A stretch of 64,000 bases of DNA, taken from NCBI GenBank assembly GCA_003344405.1, contig NOWV01000003.1, forward strand, positions 930,001-994,000. The letters are read 5' to 3'. Source of the DNA: Trichoplax sp. H2. Its lineage: Eukaryota. Both the position numbers and the translations under genes were made by a program. The notes below the pieces were generated by a model, which did not search any database, was not told where the DNA came from, and was given only the letters and a program-made list of their open reading frames with translations. Shown in pieces: positions 52,002 to 64,000 of the stretch (the stretch's first letter is position 1; every line of letters starts with the position of its first letter).

Positions 52002-55000
52002 CTATGTCAAACTGATTTCATCTTGGATCTTTGAATCAAATTCTGCTTGTGTTATCTGTTAAAAAAATATCAGACTCCATTAACACTAAGGCAATCGCCA
52101 GCTTTTAGAAATAGTAGCGTAAAATGATGCTAAGTATACTATAAGGGCACTTTGTCGTGAATAACATTCATGCATGATAACAAGAGCATTTGGCAGAGCA
52201 ACAGCTAGCATCTCCCAATCATTATGGTAGATTGGAAGTTAGCAAAATACGTTAAATCAGATTAAAAGTACTTTCTCAACATAAGTATAACCTTTCTAAA
52301 ATGATAAGATAATTTGCAGAACACTGTAATGTAATTTGTAGAATATACCTTCTTTCTTTTTAATTTTTTCATTAGATTAATTTCTTTAGTTAGATCGTTG
52401 AATTCATCCATGATCTCGTCATATTTCTCCTATTTTTAGGTATAACGAAAATATTACGGCAACTTATTTTAATTAAGTTTGATAAAAACTTTATAAATTA
52501 GTATTCGTACTATATATAACTTTGTAATAAATCAAATAGAAGTCGATAATTTGCTTATACTTTTATATGTATTTTTCTAAATTGCTTAAATTAAACTTTT
52601 TAAACTTAAACGACACTTATAATGTTAAGCTATACAGTACTTTTAAACTATTTTATCATTAATATACCGCAATCTTTCTTTTACTATTGCGTTCTTTAAC
52701 TAATCTCTTCTTTTCCTTTTTCGCTTCTCGTTGCTTTTTCTTCGACCATGGTTCATTCTATAGGTAATATATTTGACAAAGACATATACAATTAAACTTA
52801 AAATATGTCCTTACTTAATACATCATTCATAATTTTATTTTATTCTTCCAGTATAACACCTTCGAGTTATTCTTAGAAGATCTTCTCTTGTTACTATTCG
52901 TAGGCGCTACGGTAAATCAAGTAATCGCAATTAGAATATATTATTATTGAGCACCGTATAAAAAACCTGCAGACATAGTCAAATTTATCATTAAATTTTC
53001 AATAACAAAACACTAACGCTGATTTTTTAGAGCAATTTGTCTTTGTTTTTCTTTAGCCTTGTTTCTGTGTAATTTCACATGTATTAATAGTAAACATTGA
53101 CAATAACTTAGTCGATCCACCTTTTGTATATAGTACATATTACCACGAATATTCAAATTATATCTAACTTATAAGCTATGGCATCAACGTCAATATCGAC
53201 AGTTTCGAATAGGCTGGTGTTAACGTTGCGTAACTCTGGCATCTTTGGCATGCGAAGTAAGCCAAAACCGCGTGCCATTGAACAAAGATCGAGCTCTTAG
53301 AAAATATTTAGAACTCAATTAACTACTCAAAATTTTTTCAATAATCGATACTGATATCTAGTACATTACCTTTCACTCTTAAAATATAACTGCATTCGTG
53401 CTTACGATAAGATGATACAAAAGATACAAACGCCCTTATTCCCTTTTCATATATTTCTCTGCATAAGTAGCAAGAACGAAAATTTTGTATGAGTCACATA
53501 ATAAATAATCCTTAAACTATGAGTAGGCCAGTCTATGTGAGAGTAGCCATCGATACATAACAAATAAAAAACCGATTAAATATTACCTATCACTTTTAGA
53601 TAATTCTTGCAATTTCTGAGTATAATCTGCTACTTCATGACTTGATGTAAATCGTGCAAGCGGTACCTAAAAAATGAAACATTAACATAACGCTTTCCGT
53701 AGTGTTACACTGAGTAATTCTGTAGTCTAGTTGAGCCCATAATTCGAATGTGAGGATTTAAAAAAATTACAGTACCGGTAGCAAAGTCATACCTTCTGAT
53801 TTAGCGATAAAAACTGAACATAAGATTCTTCATTCGGATTTAAAAATATTATAGCATTTCCTGTAAAACAACAATTTAGAACAGTGTTATCAATTACTCT
53901 GATAACTACTCGTGCGTATCGTTAACTTCCAAACCTTTATTTCCAATTCTTGCAGTGCGGCCACAGCGATGAACAAAAGCACTAGGAAGTATACAAAATA
54001 AAACATTAACAAGTCCCGGTGTACATAATAATAATCCAAAAAAGCTAATAATTCTTTAAGATATGTATACAATACACTCCGTCAGTAGCTATTACTTAGT
54101 TTTGTTGGGAACATCATATTGAATAACCCAATGCACTTCTGGGATATCTACACCTCTCGCGAGTAAATCTGTGCAAACAAGGAGTCCCCTAATTGGATCA
54201 TTAATGGTATGGAAGTACGCTTGAAATCTTGCTTAAAAATTGAAAGCAACGAAACTACAACGTAAATTGGATACCTAGACATTTTGCGAAACTTCTCAAA
54301 TATTAGTGTCCTCTTCTTCTTCATTTTACCGTGCATACAAAGAATGCACATATCCGGTAGTAAACTATTGCAAAGTATTAGCATAAGGTTTGCACTTCGA
54401 TTAAGGTCGTACTTTGCGAGCAGAAGTAATTTTATTTATACAAAGCACGTGGATACTTCAATTAGGACGAACATTATCTGCGGAAACACAGTATTTACCA
54501 TTTTAAAACATTACCAAAATATTCAACACAAGCACATGTGCTAAAAAAGGTCATATGTTTTAAATTCTGCAAATTAAAACTAAAATTAATAACTTTTAGA
54601 TAAATAAATGGCTAGTAACACTATCAAGGCTACAAGAATGTTTTACATTGCTAATTAAGAAATTAACAACCTTTCTTTCTTTTAGAAAATGAATCAGATT
54701 TGAGAATTTTGTATCAAACCCACATAACTGTAGAAAAAAGTATAAATAAGTCTATTGCATGGAATGAAATGATAACTAATGATATAATATGTGTCAGAAA
54801 CTTAAGATTGAAGCATTGCATTAAATTATACTGTTGTAATAAAAACGGATGTACTACATCATACAACAGTCGACTATTGTGAGAAAGAATAATTTTCAGA
54901 AATGCAACTTTGCTAGCGACATATCACAATTTAAGCTAATCAACGTCGAGAATTTCTAATTTAACCTCAACACAATCGTAAATATAAATTACGAATTTTT

Positions 55001-57556
55001 TGAATACCATGTAGTAATTTTCAAGTGCGGCAGGAGTTTTTTGGTCTATCTGTTATTGAAAGGCAATACGAATGTATTAATATTTAGTAATTGACATAAA
55101 CTATAGCCCTAATGTCTTTTGAAATTCATAATAATTTAATGATGTAAGCTGACATTTATTTTGCGATGTAGCATCAAATTTTTAATTTTATCATATACTT
55201 GTCAATCTGGTAAGCTATCAAAATTTAACCAACTTACCTGCTTCACGATATTTTTCTCACGAACAGTAATACGAACTGGATTCCTTAACCCGGCTCTAAT
55301 AAGCTGTTCTAGTTTTTCAGTTTGAGTAGCAGAAAATAACCCCTAGTTCCATATATAATTTAGTTTAGACTAATCACATCCAAAATGATGGTATTTATTC
55401 CTCTAAAAAGATTACATGCTCAAAATTTTTATCAATTACCGTTCTCCTTTGCTTAGGCAAGTAACTAAAAATTGTATTAAGACTGTAATACACAAGCATA
55501 TCAAAATGTACAATCAGGATTAATTTCGAAAAAGTTGAAGTCTAGTGTTAAGTATGGAAGGATTTTTTTTTAATATTCTAGTTTAACAACAGGAGTTTCA
55601 AAATGCTCCTTTGATATGCTAATTACTGCTGTACATCACCTCTCTTCGAATCCCAGATCTAAAAGCCTATCTGCTTCATCTAGAACCAAAACTTCCTATA
55701 ACAGGCGATAAAATTTTAGAAACCTTTATAAATCAGCACTATGTAAGTTACAGTCTACTTGTTAGCTGTACTGTACTACTTGCTCTACAAAACCGAATTG
55801 GAAACATTCACCAACAACTAAACACGATAGCTTAAAATTTAGAATCAAGTACTTCTTTTACCAGAGCTTTAATGTGGCCAGCAATATTAAAATCCGTTTT
55901 GCGCCTATCTATAATATCCTCAAATCTTCCAGGTGTAGCAATTATTATATTGCCTCTACAATTATATCAGGAATAAATATTATTGTCTTCCCTAATATCA
56001 TTAAGAAGTCTAAATAAAGCTATTTGCATTATCTAACCCATATTCTTTCCACATTTTTGCATCATTAACGGTATTGTTTCCACCAATGAAGAGAATTTGA
56101 CTGTACGGAAAATCAATCAGATAGAGCATAAATATAGATATTAAACTAGTATTAATTTATTGGCACTAATTGACGTCTGGTTATCTCAAGTGGAGAATTA
56201 TATTTGTAGTGGCGCATAGTTCTAGAGCTTAAAGTATTGCTATAACACGTAACTATTAAAGTAGCAAATTTTTTGGCCTTGATGTTGCCGTATGTGATGA
56301 TATTGATTCAAACTGTAACTTTAAATCGTAATGGAATGTATCAAACCTAAGATCTTGCATATTGTCTAAAAATGGTTGTATAACTGTATGAATTTGAATA
56401 GCGAGTTCTCTTGTTGGTGTCAGAATTATAGCACCTACCTGAGAAGAAAGTAGCATAATTATATCAACTAAATATTAATATTAGACCATAATTGTAGCTA
56501 TTATACATAAGACTTACATCATATTTCCTTAGTTTCGTATCTCTATAATAGAAATAGATCAATTACATCATCTATTAAACTATCAAATAAGAGAGCACAA
56601 GGCATACGTACTATCATAACCGACTCAAAGTCTAAGATAGCTACTGTTAGAGATGAAATATAGAAATGTTGCATTCAGAAGCTCCACAATCTATATTGCT
56701 ATATACTGTAGAATAGGGCAATCACAGTACAATAACGTAGACATACAGACATGTAGACTTATGTCGTTGCAGCAAATCTATAACAATAACCGAAGTATGC
56801 AAAATATTGAAATATAGTATTAGAATCAAAAGCAAACTATACGAGTACTGTATATTATTTCAGGATTAATAAATTGATCATAAATAGTTATCATTATTAT
56901 TATTATCAGATCCACTACTAGCCCAAAATTTCGGGTCTTTCATCGATAAATAAAAATGTAGTACCTTTTGGATAACATTTGCAATATAGGTATAACAAAT
57001 GCAAGTGTTTTACCAGATCCAGTGACCTATCAATAGAATAGAACGTGTATGTATATATAATCGGAATTTTGCGTAACACAGTTCATAAATAAATTAGAAT
57101 ATAATTATCATTCGAAAAATACAAATCGCAAGTGTACAATGCCACAGCTTAATAAAAATATGAACAGCGCAGTTTGATTAAAATTCTCATTTCGACCAAA
57201 TCAAGTATTGTCATTGTAACAGACTTACAGCTTCAACGACAACGTCTTTATACGATAGGAACGCCGGTATCGTTGCTGACTGATGAATAAGGAAACAAAA
57301 GACATTATTTTGTATACAGTATTCGTAGTAGCTAACATGGGACATATCGAACACAAACTAGCTTTAGCAAGACTAGAATAGGCAATCGTGTATAGTCGAA
57401 TTATTACAATCAGGATTTTGTGCATTTTGAAATACGATAAATTACCTGAACGGGTGTCATCGTTTGAAAGCCCAAAGATTGAATCGTTACAAGAGTACTA
57501 GGTAGTAACAGAGATTCAATGGAATTCCACGATGCATGCCCATTAATAGGATTCAT
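52002..57556 (-). CDS. DDX55: ATP-dependent DEAD-box RNA helicase DDX55 (Spb4 orthologue), many exons
   Basis: [114 protein letters not shown]; Lys-rich C-terminus. Confidence 0.93.
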
Positions 57557-57834
57557 CTTTATTATTTGTATAATGACAATTATACACTTATACGCGTATA
57601 GGTATATAACTAGTGCAGTACAGTCTATTTCTGGTTGGGACTAGCTCAAATTAAACTGAATCGTTCAATTACTACTAAATGATCTAAACTAGTTCTTTCG
57701 AGAATAATTTCATGTTATGTTCAGTTGATCTTGATCTGCACTGCTGCAAGGGGTGAAGACTAAGAAGGGTATGCAGTCTTCTGAGCAGACCTCAGAACCT
57801 GATCCTGCAATCAAGAAACAGTTAGTTATTACTC

Positions 57835-58460
57835 TACGGTACTGTAGTCTGTATAATACATTACACTCACCGTACACTGTACTGTACAGGGCACTCTGTG
57901 TAGAGTTTCTGCAACATTTACGTTCAGTACGAGGAATTAATCGACCGACGTACTGTACTGTACCGTACAGTATTTTTGACTTCGCTGTCTGAGCCTTCTG
58001 AAGACATGTACTGTACACTATACAGACCACTGTTACGGCGTGACTTGCAATAAATAGATACTGTACTGTGTACTGTACAGTGATCAATGATCATAGGGTA
58101 AGATGATGTGCATTATGATTTATGTAATGTAATACTGTACAGTACAGTACAGTAGTACAATGTACAGTATGGTTCAATTGTTTCTTGACAATAGTACAGT
58201 ACTATACTGTACACTGAGTGTACACTGTACAGTACACTACAATTATTACTACAGTATGTAAGGACTACGAGAAGAAAGCTTGCTTTCCTTTCAAATGTTT
58301 GTTGTACTGTACAGTACACTGTACAGTATGCCTGTACTGTACAGTGTACAGTGTACAGTATCTTTACTCCATTGTAAAACAGACTCTGCTGTACTGTACT
58401 GTACTGTACACATGGTTCACTTTACGGAGTTGTCATAGTGATAATACTGTACTGTGCTGA
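57835..58460. repeat. ACTGT/ACAGT pentamer island upstream of DDX55
   Basis: tactgtacagtacagtacagtagtac; ctgagtgtacactgtacagtac; gtactgtactgtactgtacac. Confidence 0.88.
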
Positions 58461-59097
58461 ATGTGCGTAGAATCTAAGAAATAAATTTTATTATAATTTA
58501 TTTAATTTAATTTAGTTTTAACTCTCTCAATTTGGCTACTGAACTTATCCCTGTATATACTCAAAGGTCTACTCACACTAAAATTTATATGTATATTAAA
58601 GGATAATTAATTATAGACTAGCAACTAATCTGATATCTAGTGAACTATCTCTGTACTGTAAGGTTTCTATAAAGTAAGGCTAGTACAGTACAATTATGCA
58701 TTATTGAATATACGCGTACGCGTATACGAACAAAGTTCTTTCATTGCTCATTAACTATTAATTCCGTTATAATTACTAGCTACCCTTGCTCTTACCAACT
58801 AAACTATAGACCACTATTACAGGGGCGTGGCGAGCCCTCTAAAATGGTTGAAAGACGTTCAGCTATAGTGTTGCCTTAAATTATGTCTTTATATTGTGTA
58901 GAAATGTACTTTCAATTTGGCTCAGATTCCATGCAGACAGATCAGTACAACCTTGAGTAATTGGCTCTTGATATTTTGATTACTTTTTATTGCAGTATTG
59001 AATAATTCTATTTAAAGTTTCTACTACAAACTGTCAGTCACTGTTATATGTTCGGTCGCTCCAACTCATTTTACTGAACATATTAATAGGAATCCCA

Positions 59098-59545
59098 CGT
59101 ACTGTACTCAGTGTACTGTACAGTACAGTACTTTAGGAGGGTAGACCGGTAGACTACAGTACAGTACACTGTACAGTACTACTGTAGCGCATATAGACTG
59201 AGTAATATGCGTGAAGTAAAAACTTAAGGTTTCTGTAACTTTCAAGTGCACATTTTTATTGCCCTGAGTGTACACTGTACAGTACTGTATATTCACAGTC
59301 TACAGTACACTGTACTGTGCGTTTAGTACTATAGTACAGTACTATACAGCACAGTACAGTGTACTGTACATCACAGGACAAGTAAAGCGCGGGGTACTGT
59401 ACAGTACTGTACTGTACTGTACGTGCAATGTAAAATTTTGAATCCGGCTCACTGTCAATTCAAAAAAAGCCACTACAGTACCGTAAAGTACGCGTAGCTC
59501 TGTACTGTACTGTACTATGAGGATATATCACATAGTACTGTGCAG
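59098..59545. repeat. ACTGT/ACAGT pentamer island upstream of 14-3-3
   Basis: gtactgtactcagtgtactgtacagtacagtac ... gtactgtacagtactgtactgtactgtac, ending about 100 bp before the ATG at 59651. Confidence 0.88.
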
Positions 59546-59650
59546 TCTACACAGTTATCGATTCGCTGTGAACGTTGTTTGTTAAAAAAGTAATATCGCT
59601 CTTTCGCTACTATTGGATTCAGTATCCCTGGAAAATCTTATCCATCTGTA

Positions 59651-62600
59651 ATGGCTGACCGAGACGACTACATTAACAAGGCAAAGTTAGCCGAGCAGGC
59701 TGAACGCTACGATGGTAAAGCAAGAAATAATATTTATAAAACAGTTTCTTTGTATCTCAGATTTTTTTTTCCATCAGCGATGTTCGCCATTATCGCTATT
59801 TTCTTGATACTCCTTTCCTCTTCCCCTCACACCTACCCGGAGTCAGTCAGTGTCTCGTATCTCATCTGCAAGGCGACCCTTTTCTCGTCGCGAATTTTAA
59901 TTTAAACCTAAATATTACAGAGCTGAGAGTATTTACTAGCCATTCATTAGCAACGATAATATTTTGTGTGCTCGTCAAATAACTACAGCAATTGAATCCT
60001 GCTTTAATTTTATTTTATGTATATATATATATATATATATATACAGTATAAAGAGAAAATAGTTGAATTAATATCCATTGTGTCCTGTCTACTATAATTC
60101 TAAGATAGTAGCGCGCGATGGTAGCTTTTTTTATCGTATAGATGCACTAGTGCATTGGAAGGGAGCGTAAGATAAAAATAAAGTCAAGTAAATGGTAAAG
60201 CTTCAAGACTGTATGACGGATGAAACTACTTTTTGTTAATTTTTATGATCTCTTCGTTTTCTTTTTACAAACTGTCCAATTAAATTGATTACGGTACTGC
60301 ATAAGAATCAGTTTATACCGAGTCTCACTTTACGAAGATCCCAGTCATCTCAATTTAGATATGTATAACTTTTCTTGTATAAAAAGTAAATTGAAAGGTC
60401 AGTTCCAAAAGTAAATATGTTATTGCAACGTACTATACAAAACTTTTACATGATAAAACCCGTAAATCATCTTCAAAAGTTTTCACGCTAACAATTTGGA
60501 AATTGGTTTCAATTAATTAATATAAATCGTAACGCTGTACTACATGTACAGCGCACTGTACAGTGCTGTACTCGAGTGTATTATACACTAAAGATCTGTA
60601 CTCTGCTTTACTGTTCTACTGTACTGTACAGTACAGTACTGTATAAGGTAATGTGTTCGGCAGTGTTAAAAAGCGAATGCGACTACTGTAATCTTGAAAA
60701 AGCGAACTGTGCAAGATTTAACTCGTATTCAGCTACTTTTCCGCACTGCATTCAATTTTATCAAATACTTTATGTACTCGGTGAAAATAGCGTATAGTAA
60801 ATAGCTCACAATTTTTCAGCATGAACTGGTTAGATATTTGAAGCATTTACGTTCTTCATGTGATATACTGTATAAAACCATGAATGTGCGTATGTTGTCA
60901 AGTTACCAACAGACCTGCGTAGAGCTTGCAGTATTGTACTGCGCTTAGTGTTCATTATAGTAGTTATACACTTGATAGCACTATTCTTGGTAAACAACGA
61001 CTGACTGGCGAGTTACTATAGCGACTATACCGTATGCCGACTTCACATTCCCTCCCCTTTACAATCCAGTGTACTGTACAGTACGTACTGTACCGTACTT
61101 GCATTTGTTGTACAGTACAATGGCCGCCATGATACAGGATAATACGCAGTGTAGTGTGCTATACAGTACTGTACGCTGCACAAATTTAACCAACGCGTGT
61201 TAATTACAGTATTGTATGTACAGTATAGTGTAATGGATAATTAAATCTTATGGGCCTTTACAGTACAGTGCTTTAAAAATATGACAGTAGGTTTCGTACT
61301 GTACTGTACTGTACAGTACAGTATGTTAATACAGTACGTGAGCTACGGTACTTATCAAAAAGTTGAAAACGGATATACTGGACTGTAGTGTATTCTGCAG
61401 AAGTAATTTGAAATGAACATTGTACTTTTTCACAAATTAGTGGAGAGAATTAGAAATGCAGCAATGCTGTACGTCTGTACCGTAGTAGTTCTCCTTTCGT
61501 AANNNNNNNNNNNNNNNNNNNNCTTTTCTTGTATAAAAAGTAAATTGAAAGGTCAGTTCCAAAAGTAAATATGTTATTGCAACGTACTATACAAAACTTT
61601 TACATGATAAAACCCGTAAATCATCTTCAAAAGTTTTCACGCTAACAATTTGGAAATTGGTTTCAATTAATTAATATAAATCGTAACGCTGTACTACATG
61701 TACAGCGCACTGTACAGTGCTGTACTCGAGTGTATTATACACTAAAGATCTGTACTCTGCTTTACTGTTCTACTGTACTGTACAGTACAGTACTGTATAA
61801 GGTAATGTGTTCGGCAGTGTTAAAAAGCGAACTGTGCAAGATTCAACTCGTATTCAGCTACTTTTCCGCACTGCATTCAATTTTATCAAATACTTTATGT
61901 ACTCGGTGAAAATAGCGGATAGTAAATAGCTCACAATTTTTCAACATGAACTGGTTAGATATTTAAAGCATTTACGTTCTTCATGTGATATACTGTATAA
62001 AACCATGAAATGTGCGTATGTTGTCAAGTTACTAACAGACCTGGTTAGAGCTTGCAGTATTGTACTGCGCTTAGTGTTCATTATAGTAGTTATACACTTG
62101 ATAGCACTATTCTTGGTAAACAACGACTGACTGGCGAGTTACTATAGCGACTGTACCGTATGCCGACTTCACATTCCCTCCCCTTTACAATCCAGTGTAC
62201 AGTACGTACTGTACCGTACTTGCATTTGTTGTACTGTACAGTACTGTAGTGCACTACCAGTTTGACGATACTGTACAATGGCCGCCATGATACAGGATAA
62301 TACGCAGTGTAGTGTGCTATACAGTACTGTACGCTGCACAAATTTAACCAACGCGTGTTAATTACAGTATTGTACAGTATAGTGTAAATGGATAATTAAA
62401 TCTTATGGGCCTTTACAGTACTTTAAAAATATGACAGTAGGTTTCGTACTGTACAAGTACTGTAACTGTATGTTAATACAGTACTGTACATGAGCTACGG
62501 ACAGTCAGTCCTAGCTACGGTACTTATCAAAAAGTTGAAAACGGATATACTGGACTGTAGTGTATTTTGCAGAAGTAATTTGAAATGAACATTGTACTTT

Positions 62601-63120
62601 TTCACAAATTAGTGGAGATAATTAGAAATGCAGCAATGCTGTACGTCTGTACCGTAGTAGTTCTCCTTTCGTAATTCCTATACGCTTCCTGGTGATTAAA
62701 TTGTAATTGGAAAGCAGTATACAGAAATAATACTCTTGGAAAATGATGCAGATCTTATGATTTTCATATTTTGTTTCTTATGTTAATAATACGTGTATTT
62801 ACGTATTTCATAGAAATGGTTGAGGCTATGAAGAAAGTAGCCACTTTGGACAATGGATTAAACACAGAAGAGAGAAATCTTTTATCTGTGGCTTATAAAA
62901 ATGTTATTGGTGCTCGCCGCGCATCTTGGCGTATCATCTCTAGTTTAGAACAAAAGGAGGAAAATAAAGGCAAAACAGAAAAGTATTATTTGATTGTCGA
63001 TTATCGTAAACAAGTGGAAAAAGAATTAAAAGAGATCTGTAATGATGTACTCGATCTGTTGAACGGCCATTTGGTATTGTGTGCGTCGGATGGCGAATCT
63101 AAAGTATTTTATTATAAAAT
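59651..63120 (+). CDS. YWHAE: 14-3-3 protein, epsilon type; first two coding exons, gene continues past the window
   Basis: Exon 59651-59714 ([21 protein letters not shown]) and 62814-63120 ([10 protein letters not shown]...[35 protein letters not shown]...[10 protein letters not shown]). [13 protein letters not shown] and KVFYYKM are epsilon-like. Confidence 0.92.
60020..60042. repeat. (TA)n microsatellite in 14-3-3 intron 1
   Basis: tatatatatatatatatatatata. Confidence 0.85.
60369..62674 (+). repeat. ~1.14 kb direct duplication (60369-61502 and 61523-62674) flanking a 20-N gap; probably two haplotypes assembled in tandem
   Basis: Both copies start cttttcttgtataaaaagtaaattg and end gtagttctcctttcgtaa; they differ by scattered SNPs and short indels; Ns at 61503-61522. 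Confidence 0.93.
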
Positions 63121-64000
63121 GTAAGTTATGCTGATTAGTAGCAGCCACTAGTGTCATTCTAACCAATAATGGTTTATACGAAGCTATGCAATCTTAAGAT
63201 GTGGGACTGAGGTTTTTGTAATTACACTATTATTGTAATTGATCTTGAACCTTGTGCTTAAATGTTTGAAACGAAAGTTACAGGTGTGGGATAGAGTATT
63301 TTTCGTCGTCAGTTCTACTATACGTATATGCATAATAAAAGTAAAAGACAAACTCTTTTATTGCCTATATGGTTAACGTTTTGAGCAATGCTATTTTTAC
63401 AACGCATCATGTAATATACGGTACACTAGAGACCCTAAATCTTAAATCCTTTTAGGGTCTTTACAGTGCACGGTACATCGCCGTACATCATTCGATGCTC
63501 AATCTACTGTAGTAATAATCAATATATATCATATCATTGATATATTGATATTGATTGTTATGCCTCTTCGGAACAGTTGTGACCCATCCTGTAGAAGAGA
63601 TGTACAGTAGTAAGCGATTGAAGACTGCGAATCGATACCCACATTAAAGGAAGATCAATATGTTAATAATTTAACGAACTTGACCTTGCCCATGATTGAG
63701 ACACTGATCAGAGGACTAGAGGAATAACAAGATGTACTGTAGAATAATAAATAAGAAAAATATTTGGCTTATTCTTGTAATCTTGTTATTGCTCTGCTGA
63801 ACTGTACGAGTTTCAGACATTACCAACAGAACATCTTATCGATTACTATACCTCGTATTTATGACTTACCGATTCTAAGAGCGTAGCAATTCAGACGGCT
63901 TAAACTTCTTAAATACCAGAAAGTCATAGCACCGGAGCTATCGGATACCAGATTTTTAGTACTATATCAGTTTATCAATATTTCCAACTGCTTACTACTT

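Noticed and set aside
63428..63460. Hairpin agaccctaaa...tttagggtct in 14-3-3 intron 2
   Set aside because: Only a ~10-bp stem; compatible with chance and without ncRNA box motifs.
1..64000. tRNA, rRNA, snRNA genes and autonomous transposons
   Set aside because: I recognised no cloverleaf with A/B boxes, no rRNA or snRNA sequence and no transposase or reverse transcriptase ORF; small ncRNAs could be missed without a covariance-model search.

Overview
AT-rich, compact, intron-rich eukaryotic DNA from an animal. Gene content, short introns and an animal type-II NADH dehydrogenase suggest an early-branching metazoan, most likely a placozoan such as Trichoplax (inference). I reconstructed 14 protein-coding genes by reading exons and splice sites: PNN-like (3' part, +), a membrane-anchored M14 zinc carboxypeptidase (-), TRMT61B (+), NRDE2 (-), PPP1R37 (-), COX7A2L-like (+), CGRRF1 (-), FANCL (+), EIF1AD (-), BANF1 (+), BRMS1/BRMS1L (-), NDA-type alternative NADH dehydrogenase (+), DDX55 (-) and 14-3-3 epsilon (5' part, +). 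The genes alternate strand almost perfectly, forming six head-to-head pairs. Nearly every promoter region carries a dense island of palindromic ACTGT/ACAGT (TACTGTACAGTA) pentamer repeats, the most striking unexplained pattern here. Other notable items are a 5-copy ~175 bp hairpin-containing tandem array and a 71-bp palindrome between PPP1R37 and COX7A2L, an AT-AA U12-type intron in BRMS1, a GC-AG intron in COX7A2L, the EIF1AD-BANF1 divergent pair also found in human, and a probable haplotype duplication around an N gap. Gene names come from recalled family sequences, not database searches, and exon boundaries were placed by eye.
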